A DNA stretch of 54,525 nt from Candidatus Methanophagaceae archaeon GoMg2 (GCA_013180585.1 QBUM01000251.1:1-54525), one strand, 5' to 3'. Numbered from the stretch's first letter, positions 38,414 through 46,973 are shown. Made by a program: numbers and translations. The notes: generated from the sequence alone by a model not told the origin.

Positions 38414-40045
38414 CTATTTTAATCGTTGCACTATCCTTCTTACCGTCTCGTCTGCCGTCAAGTCCACGGTTTCAAATTCCATGAACTTCGTTATCACGTG
38501 CTCTTCTATCTTTCGCAGTCCGTCCTCAGTCTTCGCCTCCATCCGCAGGATAATCACCGGTGAAGTATTTGAACGGCGTACCAAAGCCCAGCCATTCTCC
38601 GCCAGAAACTCTATCTTCACACCATCTATATCGTTACCCGCTTCATCGGTTCTTCGCCGGTATTTCTCAGGCTGATTCGACACAAGCTTCCGGTAGTAGT
38701 TCTCTATCACATCGCTAACCCGCTCCTTCTCCTCGTCGCTTACCACGGGTATCCGTATCTCCGACGTGTTCACGTATCGTGTCAAGAAGTCCTCGAGCAT
38801 CGCATCAACTGTGCTCGTATCGCGTCTGAGCTGTAATTCTTTAGCAGTGAGTAGTAAAAGCTCAGAGAATGCGAATACAGCATCGTCCGCGCGATTGTTC
38901 TTTTGGAAATATACATGCCCTGACATCTCACCTCCGGCAACCGCACCAACAGCATCCATCTTTGACTTTATAAACGAGAACCCCGTCTTCCACTCTACCG
39001 GTACGCCCCCATTCTCTGTTATTATCTCCTTTATTGCGTCTGAACATTTCGTATCGTACACGATTTTGGCATTAGGATGCTCTTTTAATACGTGTTTACA
39101 GAGCAGAGCCAGAATCTGTTCACCGATTATCAGCCGTCCATCCGGTGATACCGCACCTGCACGGTCACCGTCACAGTCAGAGGAAAGCCCGATATGTGCA
39201 TTTTTACGCTGAACTTCAGCATGTAAATCTTTTAGGAAGCGAGGTATCGTGGGGTCCGGCAGGTGATGTGGGAAATTACCATCTGGCGCACAGTACAGCT
39301 CGAATACGTCAGCACCCAACTCACGGAAGATAGGAGGTGCGATTACACCTGTGGTGCCATTACCGGCATCATAGACGATTTTTAGGCCGCTTAACGGTTT
39401 CCTTCGGTCTTCCGGCAATTTTTTTATCTCGTGTACAGCGGTAGAAAGTGCAGCCTTTAGCGAACTCTTACCGGAAAGGGCGTGTAACGCCAGTTCTTCC
39501 CATCTATCACGCAGAATAACGTTCGCCGCTATCATCGAATGATATTCTTTCAGAATGTCCACTTCTTCAAGCGTGCCTTTCGCCGTGCTGTGCCAAGATT
39601 CAAACGTATCTTCGAGTTTCTTCGCAGTCTGAAACATCTCACGTATGTGATTCTCTTTGGCGCTTTCCGAACCAACACAGGGCTTGAACCCGTTCCATTC
39701 CTTGTCCAGGTGGCTGCCCGTGACTTCAACGCCGCCGTCTGTATTGAATAGCCACGTAGCGAAATACATCAGCGGTGTGGAGCTCACCTTCGCCCCAGGT
39801 GCGATGTCTATCACATGGACGCCCATACTCACGAGAGCTTCGGCAAAAGCGGTTTTTAGTCGTGGCGAGCTGTTCCTGACGTCTTTTCCTACTACTACTC
39901 TTAGCTCTTGAGGTTCCTTACGGCGGTATTTGCGTAACAGCTCTACGTACGCCAGGCCAGCCAAAGTACAAAATTCGTTAGTAAGCTGGGAGTCTGCAAT
40001 ACCCCTTATGTCGTTCGCCCTATACGTGGTTTTGTCTATTTTCAT
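38414..40045 (-). CDS. Phosphohexomutase family protein (phosphoglucomutase/phosphomannomutase-like, long form)
   Basis: 543 aa. It has an active-site loop TGSH (followed by LDKEWNG rather than NP), the metal loop SSDCDGDRAG and the sugar loop GGEMSGH. Confidence 0.78.
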   Translation of the reverse strand: MKIDKTTYRANDIRGIADSQLTNEFCTLAGLAYVELLRKYRRKEPQELRVVVGKDVRNSSPRLKTAFAEALVSMGVHVIDIAPGAKVSSTPLMYFATWLFNTDGGVEVTGSHLDKEWNGFKPCVGSESAKENHIREMFQTAKKLEDTFESWHSTAKGTLEEVDILKEYHSMIAANVILRDRWEELALHALSGKSSLKAALSTAVHEIKKLPEDRRKPLSGLKIVYDAGNGTTGVIAPPIFRELGADVFELYCAPDGNFPHHLPDPTIPRFLKDLHAEVQRKNAHIGLSSDCDGDRAGAVSPDGRLIIGEQILALLCKHVLKEHPNAKIVYDTKCSDAIKEIITENGGVPVEWKTGFSFIKSKMDAVGAVAGGEMSGHVYFQKNNRADDAVFAFSELLLLTAKELQLRRDTSTVDAMLEDFLTRYVNTSEIRIPVVSDEEKERVSDVIENYYRKLVSNQPEKYRRRTDEAGNDIDGVKIEFLAENGWALVRRSNTSPVIILRMEAKTEDGLRKIEEHVITKFMEFETVDLTADETVRRIVQRLK

Positions 40046-40111
40046 GTTTAGTACAAATATAAAGATTTTAAATATCTAAAGTAAAAAATATGGGGGCGTT
40101 AAGCCCCTTAA

Positions 40112-40226
40112 ATCTTTTTTCCCTCTCATCCTGAGATACCGCGCAAGCATCACCAATCCTACACACAACAGTAATACCGTTGGCAGTTCAGGAATCGGTG
40201 CGCACTGATCTGCTGGAATAGTATAT
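40112..40226 (-). pseudogene. Orphan PEF-CTERM tail remnant (no protein body, no start codon)
   Basis: The minus strand translates to ..IPADQCAPIPELPTVLLLCVGLVMLARYLRMRGKK.. The DNA is roughly 75% identical by eye to the 3' end of the 1252 aa gene (41071-41165). The upstream frame hits a stop inside the adjacent MITE. Confidence 0.65.
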
Positions 40227-40236
40227 AGTAAACATC

Positions 40237-40516
40237 CATAGGTGTTCGGTTAAGTACGACTCAACATAAATAATGACCCATAAAATAATATAACAACGCA
40301 TTTCCGACACAGATTTACACAGATTTACACGGATTCATCTTTTTTGTCTTTCATACGATTTTTTACCGTCACAGAACAGAGCAGAGCACCCAAAATTAAT
40401 TAGAAGTTTGTGATTTCCATCTGCGTTAATCTGCGTTAATCTGTGTTCATAAAATACTTTTTGTATGTCTTTTATTTTGGTTTTGTGGACCATAATTACT
40501 TAACCGAACACACATG
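40237..40516. mobile_element. 280 bp MITE (family 2, related to family 1) with about 20 bp TIRs and a perfect 10 bp target-site duplication
   Basis: The TIRs are cataggtgttcggttaagta (40237-40256) and tacttaaccgaacacacatg (40497-40516). agtaaacatc at 40227-40236 and at 40517-40526 abuts both ends. Subterminal 10 bp tandem repeats lie at 40308-40332 and 40421-40447. Confidence 0.88.
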
Positions 40517-40524
40517 AGTAAACA

Positions 40525-40725
40525 TCATAAAACCATCTCTTTCTTGAGCTCTTCGTGCGATGTTAATTTACCTTCGGATTTTTCTATGTTATACTCTTGC
40601 AGTGCTTTATAATCATCTTCCGTCATTATGCTGTCTATATCCACCATATGCGCTTTCATCTCCCTCAATTCACTCTTTACAAATTCCAGATCTTTGTGTA
40701 TTGTTTCCAATGTTACGGGGGCCAT
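40525..40725 (-). CDS. Small coiled-coil protein, archaeal antitoxin-like (RelB-style) with no adjacent toxin
   Basis: 66 aa. An N-terminal heptad-like helix (KDLEFVKSELREMKAHM) and the C-terminal ..EKSEGKLTSHEELKKEMVL resemble small archaeal antitoxins. This is weak pattern recognition only. Confidence 0.35.
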   Translation of the reverse strand: MAPVTLETIHKDLEFVKSELREMKAHMVDIDSIMTEDDYKALQEYNIEKSEGKLTSHEELKKEMVL

Positions 40726-41067
40726 ATTCTCTCACATCCTGCCACATTTTTCTGCTCCATCATTCGCCACCTTATTTCTTTTTACTTTTTGTTTCTTATA
40801 AAATTTTTGCCGCTATTAGCCCGTTCGCGCCATCACTTACAATAGTCAAGTATTTCCACGGTGTCTCGAGCAAACATGTAAAAGACCCTCTATCGTTTCT
40901 GTACCAGGAGTGTCTATTGTAACCTCATTGCCCGTTGAATCTATTTCCTTGATGTACTCTCTTCCCGCTCTTGATTTCGTAGGTTCTTCAGGAGTCTGCG
41001 TAATCCCTGGAGTCAATCAGGAATAGACCTCTGCTACTCAGGAAGCAATAACAGTACATTTCGCCAC

Positions 41068-44000
41068 TCACCCTTTCCTTCTTATCCGAAGATACCCCGC
41101 AAGCGTCAGCAACCCCACGCCCAACAGCATCACAGTCGAGAGTTCAGGAATCGGTGCACAAATATTCGGGTCTTTTTTGAATGGATAGTACGTCACGTTG
41201 CTGCAATTGACCGGATCGTCCTGCCAATCGTATATGCTTGCATTTATCGTAGCGTTATCCATTACCGCACCCCAGTAATTGTTCTTTGCTTCTACCGCTT
41301 CTTTCTGATCGTTGTAGAACTGCCATTCCCAAGCTGTACCGTTCGGCACACCATTCGCCACGATATTATTGCAACTGATATTGTTGCCGCTGCTGCCTCC
41401 CGTCAAGTTGAATCCCGCACGTGTGTTGTGGTGCACCCAGTTGCAAGTGATGTTGTTATCATCTGCGTTCCCGAGATAAATACCGTTGTAGTTCAATTTC
41501 ACCGTGTTATTCGTGATATTGCAGCTATTCACACCTACACCCAGGTATATACCCGCCTTTCCGTTTGCCGTGGCATTTTCCAGTGTGAATCCACTTATGT
41601 TCACGTAATTTGCAGTCACCTCGAAGACATGATCCGATGCCGAAGCAGCAGTTACATTTACAACATACGCGCCTTCGCCTTCCAGCGTGAGCCGCTTGTT
41701 CACGTTCACGTTCTCGGTGTAGCTGCCGTTCCACACATAGATCGTCTCGCTCGCAGTCGCGTTATCAACCGCCGCCTGTATCGGCGTGCCGTTGCCATTG
41801 ATCACGCCGCCGTCTCGCCACCAGCCGTTCTCGTTGACGCAGATGTCGCCGCAGGTGCAGGTTAGGCCCGCAGTAAAAATCGAATTTTCTGCTATTATCC
41901 GGGAGACGTTCCGAGAACCGGCTCTTGTAAAATGCACCTCGTCCGCGTCATACCATGATTTCCCACTAGCATAGTTGTCCTTCGTTTTATTGTAAAGCGC
42001 AGTAATCAATCGAGTGCCCAGGTTGCTTGCAACATTATCAATATTATCAAGATAACTTAATACATCACCATTAGGCGTGTAGGTAGGATAAAGCAGAGTT
42101 ATGTTTTCATAAGCTATGCTATGGTTATGAATATCTGTGACAACTAAAGTTAAATTCGCTTCATAATCTGCATCAATAAACCCACCGTTTTTGTCATTTA
42201 TACCAAGCATCACATATGCGTGAGTTGGTCCGAACAAATCAGAGTTGCTGATATTTCCATCTAATGAAGTGAATCTATCCGCATAGCCGTTAACGTTGGC
42301 TATGAACTTGTCATGTGTTCCCTTAGCAGTTATACCGCTCTTCGCCTCGTTATTGCTGTAAACCCAGGTACCATAAAAATCCTTGATATAATCAGAATAA
42401 AAGATATGGATGCCGTTGCAATAACATCTATGGGGGGTGAGGTTATCCCAACAGGGAAGTTCCAGTAAATTCTCACTGGTAACTGCATTGCCGTCACTTA
42501 GAGCATCTGTGAGATTAAGAACGTCTCCATCAGTAACATCTACATAAGAGATGGTGATGCTGTCGCCCACAAACTGGATGAGGTAAGACTGTATCCAGAA
42601 AGGGTCAATGCTTACTGTCTGATTCTCTCCGGAAAGAGCGTCCAGAGTTTCATTCAGTATAATAATATCCAGAGTATGGTTGCCGTATGAAAGACTGGTA
42701 AATTGCGCGTTGAATAACGTATCAGCGATATTGAGGTCATTGACGATTGTCTCGTTTACCCGTCCTTGATCAACAATAAACCGAACTCCGCCAACTTTTT
42801 CGGGCGAAGACAAAGTAGCAGAAGCATTTAGAGTTCTGGATTTTTGTAGATAGGGATAACTCTGTTTGTAGCTTGTGCCTCGTTCATCTTCAATCTGCAG
42901 TTGTTGCGCGGGTGTATAATTGGAAATCACTGCTTGACAGGATTCGGTAGCTGCCATCGGTGCAAACACACTGAAACTCGTGATGTTTACGCCAACAACG
43001 TTGTTTGTCGTGTCCAGATACCGTGTTCCATTCCAGCCGTCCTCAACCCACGCAGTACCGTTGTGCTTCCAGACCTTCAAACTCGATTCGTCCAGACCAC
43101 TGAGATCCGAGTCCGAATAACTGAAGTTCATTAATATCCATGCACCAGCACTATGATTAGTGGCGTTTATGGACTTGCTGATGTTGTTTCTGCCGGGTGG
43201 ATCGCTTGGCTGTGAAGTCACACCTCTTAACGACACATCTCCGCTGTAAGTAAAATCAATCGTTGTGCCGTTGAGTGTGTTGTTTGTGAAGGCAGATGTC
43301 GAACTCGCAATACGGAGGTCCCATGTATTGTCCGATACTGTGTTATTCGTAAACATGTTGTTGCTCGAAGAATTCAGGTAAATGCCGATGGTGTTGTCCG
43401 AAACGTTGTTATCAGAAATGTTGCAGTGATTCACGCCGCTACCGATGTAAAACCCCGCATTCATAGTTCCTCTCGCCCCGGTCACATTGAACCCTGAGAT
43501 GTTCACGTAATCAGCGGTCACCTCAAAGACGTGATCTGATGCCGAAGCCGCGGTTACATTCACCACATCCATGCCCTCGCCCTGTAGAGTGAGCTGCTCG
43601 TCCACGTTCACGTTCTCGGTGTAGCTGCCGTTATACACGTAAATCGTATTACCTGCAGAAGCGTTATTAATCGCATCCTGTATCCGTGTACCGCTCGCAT
43701 TAAAAGTGCCGCCGTCACGCCACCAACCGCTTGCGTTTACGCAGAGGTCGCCAAAGGTGCAGTTAAGCCCGTTTGGGTCACCAAGCGGCTTGAGGCTGAG
43801 CCCGTTTGGGTCACCAAGCGGCGCGATTATATTAAAATCCGTAATATAAGCATACACATAGTTCTCAGCCGTATTAACTCCTGTTGTACCGGTAACTTCT
43901 ACCCAATCCGTGCCGGTATGCACCCACATTCTTAAACTATCTTCTGCCACGTTCCCTAAATCCGCTTCGTCATAACTAACGTTCAAGAACAGCCACGAAT

Positions 44001-44826
44001 CTGCACATACTTTCGTGGCATCCACGTATTTACTTATGTCCATCTTACCAGAAGGTTCGGATGGAGCGGTATCCACGCTTTTTAGCCCCACGCCGTTGTC
44101 GTATGTAAACGAGACCGTAGTGGGGTAACCACATAGCAGGAGGTCTTCGACTGTATTGTTATGCGAATGTTCGGCTGAGTAGAAGTCGTATCTGGTGTTG
44201 TTAGATACGCTGTTCTTCGTGAACGTGTTGTCACTTGAAGAATCTAAGAAGATACCTTCCCAGTTATTGTTCGCAATTGTATTGTTCGCGATCGTGTTGC
44301 CGTTCGAAAGTTCGAGGTAGATACCGTCATAGTTGTTGTCCGCAACCATGTTGTTCGCAACCAAATTGCTGTGCGAATTAAGTATAGAGATACCATCACC
44401 GTTGCTCGTGACGTTGTTACCCGAAATGTGGCAGTAGCTTGCGTCAAGAAGACATACTCCAGCAAATCCAAATGCTGATGCACCACGCATCGTGAACCCG
44501 CTTATGGTCACGTTGTTTTCCGATACAAAAAAGACATCCAGGTCTTGTTTTGCGGCTTTCACAATACAGTTTGCCGAGCCGTTCTCGGACCTTATAGTTA
44601 ATTTAGCCACGTTTACATGCACATTCTCGTTGTATGTACCATCGCGCACGTGGATAGTATCGCCGGCGCGGGCGTTATTCACCGCCTGCTGAATCGTCTG
44701 GATACCGCCTTCTGACACATAAATATCCGCTGCACTCGTAACCGCAACACAAAAGGCAGTAAAAAATAAAACCAGCAACGCTGCGACTAAAACCATCTTC
44801 CCTAACCCGCAATTTCTTTTTCCCAT
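41068..44826 (-). CDS. Giant PEF-CTERM cell-surface protein: three right-handed beta-helix (PbH1/NosD-like) modules plus an embedded SGNH/GDSL hydrolase-like domain
   Basis: 1252 aa. After a signal peptide there are three modules of the type G.IQ.A.NNA.AG.TI.V..G.Y.ENV.V...L.. with N-rich beta-helix rungs. The central region carries FVGDSIT, MLGINDKN and DEVHF (SGNH blocks I, III, V). N-x-S/T sequons are very numerous. The tail is ICAPIPELSTVMLLGVGLLTLAGYLRIRRKG. Confidence 0.85.
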   Translation of the reverse strand: MGKRNCGLGKMVLVAALLVLFFTAFCVAVTSAADIYVSEGGIQTIQQAVNNARAGDTIHVRDGTYNENVHVNVAKLTIRSENGSANCIVKAAKQDLDVFFVSENNVTISGFTMRGASAFGFAGVCLLDASYCHISGNNVTSNGDGISILNSHSNLVANNMVADNNYDGIYLELSNGNTIANNTIANNNWEGIFLDSSSDNTFTKNSVSNNTRYDFYSAEHSHNNTVEDLLLCGYPTTVSFTYDNGVGLKSVDTAPSEPSGKMDISKYVDATKVCADSWLFLNVSYDEADLGNVAEDSLRMWVHTGTDWVEVTGTTGVNTAENYVYAYITDFNIIAPLGDPNGLSLKPLGDPNGLNCTFGDLCVNASGWWRDGGTFNASGTRIQDAINNASAGNTIYVYNGSYTENVNVDEQLTLQGEGMDVVNVTAASASDHVFEVTADYVNISGFNVTGARGTMNAGFYIGSGVNHCNISDNNVSDNTIGIYLNSSSNNMFTNNTVSDNTWDLRIASSTSAFTNNTLNGTTIDFTYSGDVSLRGVTSQPSDPPGRNNISKSINATNHSAGAWILMNFSYSDSDLSGLDESSLKVWKHNGTAWVEDGWNGTRYLDTTNNVVGVNITSFSVFAPMAATESCQAVISNYTPAQQLQIEDERGTSYKQSYPYLQKSRTLNASATLSSPEKVGGVRFIVDQGRVNETIVNDLNIADTLFNAQFTSLSYGNHTLDIIILNETLDALSGENQTVSIDPFWIQSYLIQFVGDSITISYVDVTDGDVLNLTDALSDGNAVTSENLLELPCWDNLTPHRCYCNGIHIFYSDYIKDFYGTWVYSNNEAKSGITAKGTHDKFIANVNGYADRFTSLDGNISNSDLFGPTHAYVMLGINDKNGGFIDADYEANLTLVVTDIHNHSIAYENITLLYPTYTPNGDVLSYLDNIDNVASNLGTRLITALYNKTKDNYASGKSWYDADEVHFTRAGSRNVSRIIAENSIFTAGLTCTCGDICVNENGWWRDGGVINGNGTPIQAAVDNATASETIYVWNGSYTENVNVNKRLTLEGEGAYVVNVTAASASDHVFEVTANYVNISGFTLENATANGKAGIYLGVGVNSCNITNNTVKLNYNGIYLGNADDNNITCNWVHHNTRAGFNLTGGSSGNNISCNNIVANGVPNGTAWEWQFYNDQKEAVEAKNNYWGAVMDNATINASIYDWQDDPVNCSNVTYYPFKKDPNICAPIPELSTVMLLGVGLLTLAGYLRIRRKG
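41588..41870. repeat. Intragenic duplicated segment (module 3 N-terminus), paralogous to 43489..43770
   Basis: The two segments align over about 280 nt, including an identical 30-mer cacgttcacgttctcggtgtagctgccgtt (41701-41730 and 43604-43633). Confidence 0.85.
43489..43770. repeat. Intragenic duplicated segment (module 2 N-terminus), paralogous to 41588..41870
   Basis: See the partner feature. The protein segments are CTFGDLCVNASGWWRDGG...VNVTAASASDHVFEVTADYVNISGF and CTCGDICVNENGWWRDGG...VNVTAASASDHVFEVTANYVNISGF. Confidence 0.85.
43767..43822. repeat. In-frame 33 bp tandem duplication inside the surface-protein gene
   Basis: gcccgtttgggtcaccaagcggc occurs at 43767-43789 and again at 43800-43822 with a 10 nt spacer. 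It encodes PLGDPNGLSLK-PLGDPNGLNC. Confidence 0.9.
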
Positions 44827-44944
44827 TTTTCAGCCTCAGTGTTATCATAGGATGAATAGGGTATATAAAGCTTTCGGTGGAAAGGTGACGGCCGTGCCGA
44901 TATAAAAGTTATAACCTATACCCATATATTTAAGAGAAGAGGCG

Positions 44945-46669
44945 ATGAAGATGGGAGAAACATTACGTGTAGAAGGACTGAGTAAGACATATAAACTGCC
45001 AAAAATAGGCAAAGAAGTAGTAGCACTGGATAATGTATCATTCAAGATAGAAAAGGGCGAGACTTTAGGGATAATCGGGAGGAGCGGTGCAGGAAAGACG
45101 ACTTTACTTCGTATGCTTCGTGGTTACGAGACGTTTACCAAGGGAAGTATAGAGATAGACGGCGTTAAAGTAATGGCTGATTCCCCTTACTCGGAGTTCA
45201 GAACGCTACGAAAAAAGACGGCTTATCATCTTCAACGTTCTTTTGCACTTTGGAACCAGTCAGTGTTGAATAATATTATTTTACGGCTTCGCGCGATCCA
45301 AACGGGATTTGAAGAGATACCGCAGTTGGAGGACGAATACGAGGAGTTAAAGGAACAAGCGCTTGACATACTTGACCTCGTGGACCTGCGAGAGAAGCAT
45401 AAATATTTTTATCCAATCTTGAGCGGTGGCGAGAAGCAAAGAGTTTTACTTGCACGTCAGCTTGCGAAATCGCCTTCGTTGTTGCTACTGGATGAGCCCG
45501 GCACGATGTCTGATCCGATATCACGGGGTGATTTACTCGATAGTATAAAAAGGATAAATGACGCTACGGACATCAGTGTTCTGGTCGTATCGCACATGGC
45601 CGAAGTGCATAAACACCTCTCTGACCGGTTGATCTGGATGGAGAAAAGCAAAATAATAGATGACGGTGGGGTAGATGAGATAACGGATAAGTTTTTAGCC
45701 CAACTCGACCCGGTTAAGCCTCTGGTTCCTATAAAGGACAAGAAAGACATAATGATTGATATTTACGGTGTATGGAAGAAGTACGTAATATACACGAGCA
45801 ACACGTTGATAAAAACGATAGAGATGCCGAATATAAACTTAAAGATTCCAAGAGGCGACATATTAGGCATCATTGGTCCTTCGGCAATGGGTAAGACCGT
45901 ATTGATGCGATTACTTTCAGGTCTTGAGCAGCCGGATAAGGGCTGGGTATTGTACCGGATAGGCACTGTGGACTTTGCTAATATTGGTGCACTTGGTAGC
46001 GATAGAGCAATGGAGGCGAGGAGCAAATTGGGTATCTTGCATCAGGAGTTCACGCTTCCGCCATATCAACTCGTTCAGGATAGCTTTGCGCAAAAGCTGG
46101 GTATAAAGAAGCTCGATATGGTGCGAGATGCGATGGATAGAGCGAAAGAGCAGGGGATAAGCAACGTAAAACTTGATGCGCTACTCAGGATTGCGGACAT
46201 GCCGGAGTCAGAGGCGATGCAGAGGCTCGAAGAGTTGGGTCTCAGTAGGGATACGTTTGAAGAGCTTTTTCCCAAGTTCCCGGCATCCGAGACCTTTAAA
46301 GCTGCTAAACCATACCTCGATGCGCTTGACCTACCGGAAGAGATATTCAGACGCTACAACAGCGAAACAAGTGCGGGAGAGCATGTCAGGCTGGCAATCG
46401 CCACGCTTATGGCAGCAGAACCCGAAGTTCTGCTTTTAGATGAGCCTTTTGGCGACCTCGACCCGATCTCGATGCGTAAAATCGCGAACTCAATTAAAGA
46501 TCTGAATCGTAGATTTAATACTACTATATTAGTCGTAAGCCACCAGCTCGATATAGTTCGAGAGCTTGTGCACGAAGCTATAATGATAGACGAAGGCGAG
46601 ATAGTGATGCGTGGCGACCCGAACGAGGTATGCGATGCTTTTATCGCTCTTGGCAAACCGGAACAGTAA
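44945..46669 (+). CDS. atwA: Duplicated ABC ATPase, methyl-coenzyme M reductase component A2-like
   Basis: 574 aa with no TM domain. Cassette 1 has GRSGAGKT, LSGGEKQR and LLLLDEP. Cassette 2 has GPSAMGKT, a degenerate signature TSAGEHVR, VLLLDEPFGDLDP and a long insert. This architecture recalls AtwA. The assignment is from memory. Confidence 0.55.
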   Translation: MKMGETLRVEGLSKTYKLPKIGKEVVALDNVSFKIEKGETLGIIGRSGAGKTTLLRMLRGYETFTKGSIEIDGVKVMADSPYSEFRTLRKKTAYHLQRSFALWNQSVLNNIILRLRAIQTGFEEIPQLEDEYEELKEQALDILDLVDLREKHKYFYPILSGGEKQRVLLARQLAKSPSLLLLDEPGTMSDPISRGDLLDSIKRINDATDISVLVVSHMAEVHKHLSDRLIWMEKSKIIDDGGVDEITDKFLAQLDPVKPLVPIKDKKDIMIDIYGVWKKYVIYTSNTLIKTIEMPNINLKIPRGDILGIIGPSAMGKTVLMRLLSGLEQPDKGWVLYRIGTVDFANIGALGSDRAMEARSKLGILHQEFTLPPYQLVQDSFAQKLGIKKLDMVRDAMDRAKEQGISNVKLDALLRIADMPESEAMQRLEELGLSRDTFEELFPKFPASETFKAAKPYLDALDLPEEIFRRYNSETSAGEHVRLAIATLMAAEPEVLLLDEPFGDLDPISMRKIANSIKDLNRRFNTTILVVSHQLDIVRELVHEAIMIDEGEIVMRGDPNEVCDAFIALGKPEQ

Positions 46670-46710
46670 ACATTATTAAAACATAAAGAAGAAAGTGAAG
46701 ACATAATCGA

Positions 46711-46785
46711 GCTCCGCTGGTGTAGTTCGGCCAAGCATGCGGGCCTCTCGAGCCCACGACCGGGGTTCAAATCCCCGGCGGAGCA
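46711..46785 (+). tRNA. tRNA-Glu (anticodon CUC)
   Basis: GCTCCGC-TG-GTGTAGTTCGGCCAAGCAT-G-CGGGC-CTCTCGA-GCCCA-CGAC-CGGGG-TTCAAAT-CCCCG-GCGGAGC-A. It closely resembles canonical archaeal tRNA-Glu. There is one C-A mismatch at the top of the anticodon stem. Confidence 0.88.
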
Positions 46786-46795
46786 TTACTTTTTT

Positions 46796-46956
46796 GCTAT
46801 TTGTTGAGCTAACCACAGATTACACAGATTTTCACGAGAAGATAATACTTATAATCCGGCTTAAGTGCACTATTGGTTTTTTTTATCCCTTGTTAACCCC
46901 AAAATCTTGTGCTAATCTTGTGAAATCTCGTGGTTTTACCCCTGCTATACAAATAC
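46796..46956 (-). mobile_element. MITE-like repeat family 1 (R8), 10 nt downstream of tRNA-Glu
   Basis: Full-length copy. The flanks are ctttttt (46789-46795) and ctctttt (46957-46963), matching at 6 of 7 positions. Confidence 0.88.
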
Positions 46957-46973
46957 CTCTTTTGCTATTATCG

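Noticed and set aside
40421-40447. Short tandem repeats (ctgcgttaat x2.7, and cacagattta x2.5 at 40308-40332) as a possible mini-CRISPR or other array.
   Set aside because: The units are only 10 bp with no spacers. They are arranged as inverted subterminal repeats inside an element with TIRs and a TSD, so they are part of the MITE.
40227-40527. After mentally excising the MITE, the 66 aa gene and the PEF tail fall in the same frame, separated only by the TGA. This raised the possibility of read-through, selenocysteine, or a former fusion.
   Set aside because: Same-frame placement has a 1-in-3 chance. There is no SECIS-like element, and a cytoplasmic coiled-coil protein fused to a sorting tail makes no biological sense.
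40860-41060. A roughly 55-codon TTG-initiated minus-strand ORF (..REYIKEIDSTGNEVTIDTPGTETIEGLLHV..) between the giant surface gene and the antitoxin-like gene.
   Set aside because: It is below the reporting length, has a non-ATG start and no recognisable family. It might be a real small gene, but the sequence alone does not support it.
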